Source of the DNA: an uncultured Desulfovibrionaceae bacterium
GTDB lineage: Bacteria > Desulfobacterota > Desulfovibrionia > Desulfovibrionales > Desulfovibrionaceae
DNA length: 31,921 nt
Assembly (NCBI GenBank): GCA_949427775.1
Contig: CASQEL010000001.1
Span: forward strand, 1-31,921
Direction of reading: 5' to 3'
This document shows positions 24,804 through 31,921 of this stretch, one piece after another; the stretch's first letter is position 1, and every line of letters starts with the position of its first letter. Under the pieces are notes generated by a model, which was not told the DNA's origin, searched no databases, and saw only the letters and a program-made list of their open reading frames with translations. The position numbers were made by a program, and so were the translations under genes.

Positions 24804-27800
24804 ATGACGCAATCTCTTTCCGTCACAGGGGACATCTCCGTGCTGTTCCTGCTCGGAGTTGCGCTTCTGCTGTACGCCACGGTGCAGGCCGTGCTGCGCA
24901 GAAGCGACTACCGACAGTTCATCCTCTGGGGTGCCGCGGCTGATGCCGGCCTGATCTGCATGGGCCTCGGCGCGGCCGGGAATGTGGCCATGCTGGGCGC
25001 GCTGCTGTTTGCGTGCTTTCAGTTGGCGTCGCGCGGTCTGGCGTTCACAGCGCTGGGCGCGTTGACCGACAACGGCGCGTCCGCGGCGGGGGCGTTGCGT
25101 TCGGCCGGAGTCCGGCGGCCCGTAGCGGGCTGGATGTTCGGGCTGGGCCTTTTGGCCGCGCTGGGCGGCACGCCGTTTCTCGCTCCGGAAGGTCGCCTGT
25201 TCCTTATGCAGGGCATCGTCGCCGCCGCGCCGTGCGGCATGTTGGCGGGCCTGTTGCTGGCGGCGGCCTGCGCCACCATATTTATCTGGCTGTCTGTGGA
25301 GGCCGTGCGCGGCGTGTGCCTGGAAAAAGCCGATGTTCTGCCCGCGGAATCCGCGCCCGTACCGGCGTCCGCCGTCGCCTGCGGCGCGGCCGTAGCCGTG
25401 CTGGGGCTGTGGCGCACGCCGCTGACGGGCATGCTGGCCGGAGCCCTGGGGCCGGATTCCCTGAGCCACGCCGTCTACATGCATCCCGCCTTCGCGGTGC
25501 TCTACGGCGGCGCGTTCGTGACGGCGGCGCTGGGGTGGAAACTGCCCCGGTGGCGCGACAAGGTTGCTGTGCTGATCATGGCTCTGGCCTTCGGCCTGGC
25601 TTTGGGAGTGAGCGACATTCCCGCCGTCTCGCGGCTGTTCGCGGTGCTCGTGACGGGTGTCGGGCTGGTGGTAAGCCTCTATTCCGTGGGGTATATGGCG
25701 CATGCCCATCGGGTGACATCCTATCAGTTTTTCCTGCTGCTGACCTTCTCGTCCCTGGTGGGCATCGTGACCACGCCGGACATGGGAGCGTTCTACGGCT
25801 ACTGGGAACTGATGACTTTCGCCTCGTATTTCCTGGTCGTGCATGAAGGCGACCGGGTCGCGTTCAACGCGGGTCTCAAATATTACGTCATGTGCGCCGG
25901 CGGCGCATTCCTGATGCTGCCCGGTCTGCTGCTCCTCGGCGGCGGAAGCACGGCGCTGGCGGCCGTGCCCGCGGCTGCCATGGAACTTCTGGCGGCCCAG
26001 CCCTGGCTGCTCAAGGCGGCGCTGCTGCTGGTGCTGGCGGGGTTCGCCGTCAAAGCCGGTCTGGTGCCGCTGCACAGTTGGTTGCCCGACGCCCACCCGG
26101 CCGCGCCCTCGTCGGTGTCCGGTCCGCTGTCGGGCGTGATCACCAAAATGGGGATCTTCGGCATTGTGGTCGTCATATTGGGGCAGGCGGGCTACGCCGC
26201 CCAGAGCATGCCCGGTCAGTCCGGCCTGTCCTGGATCGGCTACGGCATCACCTTCATGGGCGGGATCACGCTGGTCTACGGTGAGATCATGGCCCTGAAG
26301 CAGGACGACATCAAACGCATGCTGGCCTACTCCACGCTGGGGCAGTTGGGCGAGATCACCCTGATTCTGGGCCTCGGCACCTGGTTGTCCACGGTGGGGG
26401 CGCTGGCCCATGTGGTCAACCACGCCATCATGAAGGATCTGCTCTTCCTCGGCGCGGGCGCGCTCATTCTGCGCGCGGGCACGCGGCGTCTGCCGGAACT
26501 GGCGGGCCTGGGGCGCTGCATGCCCTGGACCGTGACCTGCATGGCCGTGGGGCTCGTCGCCATCAAGGGCCTGCCGCCGTTCGCGGGCTTTTTCAGCAAA
26601 TACCTGATGATCCAGGCCGCTGTGAACTCGGGCTACATCGCGCTGGCCGCCCTGGTGCTGGCGGGCAGTCTGGTGGGGGCCATCTACTACACGCGCATTC
26701 TGCGGGTGCTGGTGTTCGAACCTCGGCCCGACAATCTGCCCGCGGTCGCGGAAGCGCCGTGGTCCATGCGCATCGCTCTGGCGGTGCTGGCCGGTCTGAC
26801 CGTGCTGCTGGGCATCGCGCCGCAGCTCTCTCTGGCGCTCATCGTGCCGGTGGCCAACGCCTGCTTCTTCGCGCAGGGCAATGAGTCGCTGATCCTGAAT
26901 TCGGTGATCATTCCCTGGCCCATCTATGTGGTGACGCCCATCATCGGCGCGGCGCTGCCCGCCTTGTTCCGCAACAATCGCATCCGGGCGGGCTGGTCCG
27001 CCGTGGCCGTGCTGCTGCTGACGTTCTTCCTGGTGCTGCTGTTCGGGCGGGAGTTGGACACGCTGTCCTTCTGTTTCGCGCTCATCGTGCCGCTCATCGG
27101 CGCGCTGAACATGGCCTATGCCGTGGGGTATATGGAACACAGCCACACCCAATGGCGTTTCTACACCGTGTTCTGCTGCATGTGCGGCGGATTGATCGGT
27201 GTGGCGTCCAGTCAGTACCTGTTCAGCTTTTTCCTGTTCTGGGAAATCATGAGTTCTTGGACGCTGTACATGGCCATCGCCCACGAGGGCACTAGGGATT
27301 CACTGCGCGAGGCCTTCAAGTACTTCTTCTTCAACGTGCTGGGGGCCGGATTCATCTTTGTGGGCGTGTGCATTCTGGGAGCCTACACCCCGTTCACCGC
27401 GGATCTCATTCGGGCGGCCGTGCCCAACCTGCCCAACGGGGCCGCCGTCGCCGGCGTGGCGCTGCTGGCTGTCGGTTTCGTGATGAAGGCGGCGCAGTTG
27501 CCCTTCCGTATCGACTGGCAGATGCATCCGGCTCTGGCGCCCACGCCGGTGTCCGGCTACATCTCCTCCGTGCTGCTGAAGAGCGCCGTTCTCGGCCTGA
27601 TCAAGCTGTTCATGCTGCTGGGCGGCGGGCTGCTCATGGCGGGAATTCTGGAAACAAGCCAGGAAACCTTCATTCAGACCGTGGTCATGTGGATCGGCGG
27701 CATCACCATCATCATGGCTTCCATCCAGGCCCTGATGGCTTCCAACCTCAAGCTGGTGTTCATCTATTCCACGGTGAGCCAGATCGGCTACATGGTGCTG

Positions 27801-28568
27801 GCCGTGGCCGTGGGATCGGCGCTGGGCTATGCGGGCGGCATGCTGCATGTGGTCAACCATGTGTTCTTCAAGGATCTGCTCTTCCTCATCTGCGGGGCCG
27901 TCATGTTCCGCACGCACAAGGACAGTCTGGACGATCTCGGCGGCATCGGCCGCAAAATGCCGGTGACCCTGGGCATGTTCGCCATTGCGGGCCTGTCGCT
28001 GGTCGGCGTGCCGCCCACCAGCGGTTTCTCCTCCAAGTGGCTCATCTACCACGCGCTCATGGCGGCGGATCAGCCCTTCCTGGCGCTGCTCTCGCTCATC
28101 GGCAGCGTGATTACTCTGGCCTACATCGCCAAGTTCCTGCACGCGGCCTTCCTGGGGCAGCCGTCGCCGGAACTGGAGCATGTGGAGGAAGCCCCCCGCG
28201 TCATGCTGGCGCCCATGGTGCTGTTGGGCGCGGGCTGCGTCGTTACCGGCGTGTTCCCCGGTCTGGCTTTGACGCCCATCAATGCCATCCTGGGCGAATA
28301 CGGCCTGCGCGGGCTGGACGTCTCCCTGTCGGGCGTGAATTCCGGCCCCGGCGCGTGGAACGCCACGGTCATGGCCGTGATGACGGGCGTGGCCCTGTGG
28401 GGCGGCTGGAAGTTCGTCACCTGCTTTGTGAACAGCAACAGCCGCGTCACCGATGTACACTCCTGCGGCCTTGACGTGAACACCTCCACCAGCCGCATGC
28501 GTCCGGCCAGCATCTATGCGGGCCTCATGGGCATCCTGACCCGTCGCAACGCCCCCAAGGAGAACTAG
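24804..28568 (+). CDS. cooM: Energy-converting hydrogenase large membrane subunit (fused antiporter-like NuoL/M modules)
   Basis: FYGYWELMT, PLHSWLPDAHPAAPSSVSG, KRMLAYSTLGQLG, FFLFWEIMS, YSTVSQIGYM. Start reassigned to ATG 24804. Confidence 0.92.
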   Translation: MTQSLSVTGDISVLFLLGVALLLYATVQAVLRRSDYRQFILWGAAADAGLICMGLGAAGNVAMLGALLFACFQLASRGLAFTALGALTDNGASAAGALRSAGVRRPVAGWMFGLGLLAALGGTPFLAPEGRLFLMQGIVAAAPCGMLAGLLLAAACATIFIWLSVEAVRGVCLEKADVLPAESAPVPASAVACGAAVAVLGLWRTPLTGMLAGALGPDSLSHAVYMHPAFAVLYGGAFVTAALGWKLPRWRDKVAVLIMALAFGLALGVSDIPAVSRLFAVLVTGVGLVVSLYSVGYMAHAHRVTSYQFFLLLTFSSLVGIVTTPDMGAFYGYWELMTFASYFLVVHEGDRVAFNAGLKYYVMCAGGAFLMLPGLLLLGGGSTALAAVPAAAMELLAAQPWLLKAALLLVLAGFAVKAGLVPLHSWLPDAHPAAPSSVSGPLSGVITKMGIFGIVVVILGQAGYAAQSMPGQSGLSWIGYGITFMGGITLVYGEIMALKQDDIKRMLAYSTLGQLGEITLILGLGTWLSTVGALAHVVNHAIMKDLLFLGAGALILRAGTRRLPELAGLGRCMPWTVTCMAVGLVAIKGLPPFAGFFSKYLMIQAAVNSGYIALAALVLAGSLVGAIYYTRILRVLVFEPRPDNLPAVAEAPWSMRIALAVLAGLTVLLGIAPQLSLALIVPVANACFFAQGNESLILNSVIIPWPIYVVTPIIGAALPALFRNNRIRAGWSAVAVLLLTFFLVLLFGRELDTLSFCFALIVPLIGALNMAYAVGYMEHSHTQWRFYTVFCCMCGGLIGVASSQYLFSFFLFWEIMSSWTLYMAIAHEGTRDSLREAFKYFFFNVLGAGFIFVGVCILGAYTPFTADLIRAAVPNLPNGAAVAGVALLAVGFVMKAAQLPFRIDWQMHPALAPTPVSGYISSVLLKSAVLGLIKLFMLLGGGLLMAGILETSQETFIQTVVMWIGGITIIMASIQALMASNLKLVFIYSTVSQIGYMVLAVAVGSALGYAGGMLHVVNHVFFKDLLFLICGAVMFRTHKDSLDDLGGIGRKMPVTLGMFAIAGLSLVGVPPTSGFSSKWLIYHALMAADQPFLALLSLIGSVITLAYIAKFLHAAFLGQPSPELEHVEEAPRVMLAPMVLLGAGCVVTGVFPGLALTPINAILGEYGLRGLDVSLSGVNSGPGAWNATVMAVMTGVALWGGWKFVTCFVNSNSRVTDVHSCGLDVNTSTSRMRPASIYAGLMGILTRRNAPKEN

Positions 28569-28570
28569 CC

Positions 28571-29533
28571 ATGGTCGATACCTTACTGGCGCTTCTGCAC
28601 ATGATTATCTTCCCCGGCGGGGTTTTCGCCCTGGCGGTGGGATTCTTCTTCAAGGGCCTGGACCGGCGCTTTGAGGCCCGGTTGCAGCGTCGGGTGGGGC
28701 CGCCGCTCAAGCAGCCTCTGCTGGACATCGCCAAACTGCTGACCAAGGAGACGCTGATCCCCAACACGGCCAGCCGCACCGCCTTTCTTATGGCGCCGGT
28801 GCTCGGTTTTGCGGGCATGGCCGTGTGCGCGGCCTTCATTCCCGTGCCCGGCGTGTACCACGGGCTGACCAATATGGGCGACCTGCTGGTCATCTTCTAC
28901 CTGCTGCCGGTACCGGCCATCGCGTTGATGCTGGCCGGGTCGTCCTCCAGTTCGCCTTTCGGGGCGCTGGGCTTCTCGCGGGAAATGCTCATGATGCTGG
29001 CCTACGAAGTGCCGTTGCTGGCCGTGCTGCTGTCTGTGGCCATGGTGGTGGGCAAGGGAACGGGGGCCGGGGCCGAATTCTCGCTGGCCGAAATCATCCG
29101 CTATCAGGCCGCCGCGGGGCAGTTGGGCTTCAATCCGATCATGATGCCCGCTCTGGCGGCCTACCTGATGTTCCTGCCGGGGACCATGGGCGTGGCGCCG
29201 TTCGACATCCCCGAAGCGGAAACCGAAGTGCTGGAAGGCCCGCTGCTGGAATACGGCGGACCGCCGCTGGCCATGTTCCAGATCGGTTCGGCTCTCAAGA
29301 CCTTCGTGGTGCTCGGCCTGGGAGTGGCGTTGTTTTTTCCCGGTACATTAGGTGACTTTTGGCTGGTGAACCTTATATGGTTCTTATGCAAGTGCCTGGC
29401 GCTCATGGTGCTGTCGCTCACGCTGGTGAAGGCGGCCACGGGGCGTTTCCGCATCGATCAGGCATTCTGGTTCTATGTGAAGTATCCCACCGCGCTTTCG
29501 CTCGTCAGCCTTGTGCTGGTGTGGGTGCTGTAG
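28571..29533 (+). CDS. cooK: Hydrogenase membrane subunit (NuoH-like)
   Basis: DRRFEARLQRRVGPP, PFDIPEAETEVLEGPLLEYGG, GRFRIDQ. Confidence 0.93.
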   Translation: MVDTLLALLHMIIFPGGVFALAVGFFFKGLDRRFEARLQRRVGPPLKQPLLDIAKLLTKETLIPNTASRTAFLMAPVLGFAGMAVCAAFIPVPGVYHGLTNMGDLLVIFYLLPVPAIALMLAGSSSSSPFGALGFSREMLMMLAYEVPLLAVLLSVAMVVGKGTGAGAEFSLAEIIRYQAAAGQLGFNPIMMPALAAYLMFLPGTMGVAPFDIPEAETEVLEGPLLEYGGPPLAMFQIGSALKTFVVLGLGVALFFPGTLGDFWLVNLIWFLCKCLALMVLSLTLVKAATGRFRIDQAFWFYVKYPTALSLVSLVLVWVL

Positions 29534-29646
29534 GCAGCGCCGTCGCCGCCCGAAGGGCGGCGGGCGCGATGATGCCTGCGCCAGGCGAAAGCGAGTGTCG
29601 CACAGAAAGGATGCGACCGAGCGTCACCATATTAAGGAGGCTTTTT

Positions 29647-30090
29647 GTGAACAGCCTTTTGAAAAAACTTTCCGTACGTTCGCCCTGGCTTTTTCGCATC
29701 AATGCGGGGTCGTGCAACGGTTGCGACGTGGAACTGGCCACCACGGCCTGTATTCCCCGCTATGATGTGGAGCGCCTGGGGTGCAGATATTGCGGCAGCC
29801 CGCGTCATGCCGACGTGGTGCTGATCACCGGCCCTCTGACGGCTCGGGTCAAGGATCGGGTGCTCAAGGTATGGGAGGAAATTCCCAATCCCAAAGTGAC
29901 GGTGGCCGTGGGCATTTGCCCCATCTCCGGCGGGGTGTTCCGCGAGGGATATTCCATTGAAGGCCCTCTGGACAAATATATCCCTATCGACGTCAACGTG
30001 CCCGGTTGCCCGCCGCGCCCGCAGTCCATTCTGGAAGGGGTAGTGCTGGCGCGCAAGATCTGGCTGCAACGTCTGGGTGTGGAGGAGTGA
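29647..30090 (+). CDS. cooL: Hydrogenase small subunit (NuoB-like)
   Basis: GSCNGCDVE, SPRHAD, AVGICPISGG, VPGCPPRP. GTG start with AGGAGG RBS. Confidence 0.94.
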   Translation: MNSLLKKLSVRSPWLFRINAGSCNGCDVELATTACIPRYDVERLGCRYCGSPRHADVVLITGPLTARVKDRVLKVWEEIPNPKVTVAVGICPISGGVFREGYSIEGPLDKYIPIDVNVPGCPPRPQSILEGVVLARKIWLQRLGVEE

Positions 30091-30091
30091 C

Positions 30092-30700
30092 ATGGCAGGT
30101 TTTTTGAAAGTTCTCTTCCACAACGTGTTGGATGGTCCCAGCACCGATCCTTTTCCGCTGGGGGAAACCTTCACACCGCAGCGTTTCCGGGGCAAAGTGG
30201 TGGTGGACCCCGACATCTGCATGGGCTGCGGCATCTGTCGCCACGTCTGCGCGGCCGGGGCCATCAGTATCAGCCCGCGCCCGGATCAGTCCGGTTATGA
30301 CTTCACCGTTTGGCATAACAGTTGCTGCCTCTGTGCCCAATGCCGCCACTACTGTCCGGTGGGGGCCATCACGCTGACCAACGACTGGCATAATGCCCAT
30401 CCGCAGGAAGAGAAATACAACTGGGTCGAGCGCAAATTTGTGCCCTATGTGCCCTGCGCGGATTGCGGCACGCCCATGCGGCCGCTGCCGCTGTCGATAG
30501 CCAGGCGTATCTATCTGAACAATCCGGACATCAATGTCGAGAGGATCATCACGCTGTGCCCCAAGTGCCGCCAGGTGGAAGACGCCCGCACGCACAGCAG
30601 TTGCGCCTGGCCCGCCGCGGCCAAGCCGGGAAAGACGGCCGGGGAAGGCGCGCCCGCCAAGGCGGACGCGACGGCCGGAGATGCCGCCCCGAAAGAATAA
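30092..30700 (+). CDS. cooX: Hydrogenase ferredoxin-like subunit (NuoI-like)
   Basis: CMGCGICRHVC and CCLCAQCRHYCP, plus CADC..CPKC. Confidence 0.92.
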   Translation: MAGFLKVLFHNVLDGPSTDPFPLGETFTPQRFRGKVVVDPDICMGCGICRHVCAAGAISISPRPDQSGYDFTVWHNSCCLCAQCRHYCPVGAITLTNDWHNAHPQEEKYNWVERKFVPYVPCADCGTPMRPLPLSIARRIYLNNPDINVERIITLCPKCRQVEDARTHSSCAWPAAAKPGKTAGEGAPAKADATAGDAAPKE

Positions 30701-30769
30701 GCGTATACTTACTACTTATGCCCGACGTCCCGACAGACACTCGAATCGGGGCGTCGTGTGGAGCACACG

Positions 30770-31330
30770 ATGCAAACATATACGACTCATGATCATGCCG
30801 CGCTTGTGGAAGGGCTTTCCGCCCTGGCCACGGGAACGGATGCCGTGCGCAGCAGCGGCGACGCCTACGGCAACGCCTACCGCTGGTTTCATCTGGACAC
30901 GCCGCGGCACATGACCCGCGCGGCCGAACTGTTGGCCCGGGCCGGCGCGCGTCTGGCGACGACCACGGCCTACAATCTGCGTCTGGCCGAACCCGTGCAG
31001 GAAATCTGCTACCACTTCGAACTGGACGGCGTCGTGTACAACGTGACGGTGCGTCTGGACACCGAATGGCCCGCCGTGCCGTCCATCACGCCGTTGTTCG
31101 CCAACGCGGACTGGAACGAGCGGGAAATGATGGAACTGTACGCCGTGCAGGTAGAAGGGCATCCCAATCCCCGGCGGTTGTTCCTGGATGAGACGCTTGA
31201 GGAAGGTTTGCTGGGCGAGGCCGTGCCTCTGTCCGTCATGATGAACGGCGCCAGCACTGTGGATCTGTGGGAGCGCATTCTGCAGGATCGCGAAAAAGCT
31301 GAATGCGCCGCAAAGGAGAGCCGGTCATGA
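30770..31330 (+). CDS. cooU: Hydrogenase subunit (NuoC-like)
   Basis: ICYHFELD, VPSITPLFANADWNEREMMELY..GHPNPRRLFL. ATG 30770 with GGAG RBS. Confidence 0.92.
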   Translation: MQTYTTHDHAALVEGLSALATGTDAVRSSGDAYGNAYRWFHLDTPRHMTRAAELLARAGARLATTTAYNLRLAEPVQEICYHFELDGVVYNVTVRLDTEWPAVPSITPLFANADWNEREMMELYAVQVEGHPNPRRLFLDETLEEGLLGEAVPLSVMMNGASTVDLWERILQDREKAECAAKESRS

Positions 31331-31921
31331 GCGCCACCGAGATCAAAACGTTTGAAATTCCCCTGGGGCCCGTGCATGTGGCGCTGGAAGAACCCGTCTA
31401 TTTCCATCTGGAGGTGGAGGGGGAAACCATCCGCAACGTCACGTTGACCTCCGGGCATGTGCACCGCGGCATGGAGGCCATGGCCACCCAGCGCAATCTG
31501 CTCAAGAACACCACGCTCTGCGAGCGGGTCTGTTCCCTGTGCTCCAACAGCCATTCCTTCACCTACAGCATGGTTGTGGAAAACGCCCTGCATATGGTCA
31601 TTCCTCAACGCGCGCGCTACCTGCGCGTGCTGGCGGAAGAGATCAAGCGCGTGGCCTCGCATCTGTTCAATCTGGCCATTCAGGCGCACATCATCGGCTT
31701 CAAGTCGCTGTTCATGCACGTGATGGAAGTGCGGGAAATGATGCAGGACGTGAAGGAAACCGTGTACGGCAACCGCATGAATCTGGCGTCCAACTGCATC
31801 GGCGGCGTCAAGTGCGACGTGCCGCCCGAACTGTTGCGGTACATTACGGACATGGTGGACAAAATGGAACCGGCGGTCGAAGAGATCATGAATATCTACG
31901 CTACCGATCCCATGGTTCTGG
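31327..31921 (+). CDS. cooH: [NiFe] hydrogenase large subunit (group 4), 3' end outside window
   Basis: Manual translation: MSATEIKTFEIPLGPVHVALEEP..GHVHRGME..ERVCSLCSNSH (L1 RxCxxC)..EEIKRVASHLF. ATGA overlap with cooU. Confidence 0.94.
   Translation, partial: MSATEIKTFEIPLGPVHVALEEPVYFHLEVEGETIRNVTLTSGHVHRGMEAMATQRNLLKNTTLCERVCSLCSNSHSFTYSMVVENALHMVIPQRARYLRVLAEEIKRVASHLFNLAIQAHIIGFKSLFMHVMEVREMMQDVKETVYGNRMNLASNCIGGVKCDVPPELLRYITDMVDKMEPAVEEIMNIYATDPMVL

Noticed and set aside
1-31921. CRISPR arrays, tRNA and rRNA genes
   Set aside because: No regularly spaced repeat-spacer pattern, cloverleaf with T-loop/CCA, or rRNA signature was seen by eye. tRNAscan-SE and cmscan would be decisive.

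Overview
GC-rich chromosomal window from a sulfate-reducing Desulfovibrionaceae-like bacterium, identified from sequence motifs only. The left part carries a class I/II aminotransferase (partial), a small lipoprotein, a degenerate chorismate-mutase/EPSP-synthase-like protein, and the core sulfate-respiration locus aprBA-qmoABC plus its usual downstream hypothetical gene. An AT-richer patch of about 4.2 kb (12.68-16.86 kb) follows. It has integrase-arm-like repeats, two intact orphan genes (an LRR-BRCT-DUF2262-like fusion and a ~495-aa unknown) and several gene scraps (LysR, FGE/SUMF1, a sister of the LRR-BRCT linker, IS630). Next come a cysK/zinc-ribbon/EF-hand/YgiQ radical SAM/slyX run, an amino-acid ABC permease and binding protein, a ThiF-like enzyme, and the energy-converting [NiFe] hydrogenase operon cooMKLXUH (cooH runs off the window). 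A 153-bp CTAG-bounded multi-hairpin element occurs twice. The most interesting unannotated signal is a small ORF at 23905, absent from the ORF track. It has a strong RBS, one transmembrane helix and a G-G-G-UGA-G motif followed by a SECIS-like hairpin. It is either a membrane-anchored micro-selenoprotein or a C-terminal Gly-Gly peptide encoded next to an E1-like enzyme. No rRNA, tRNA or CRISPR array was seen.
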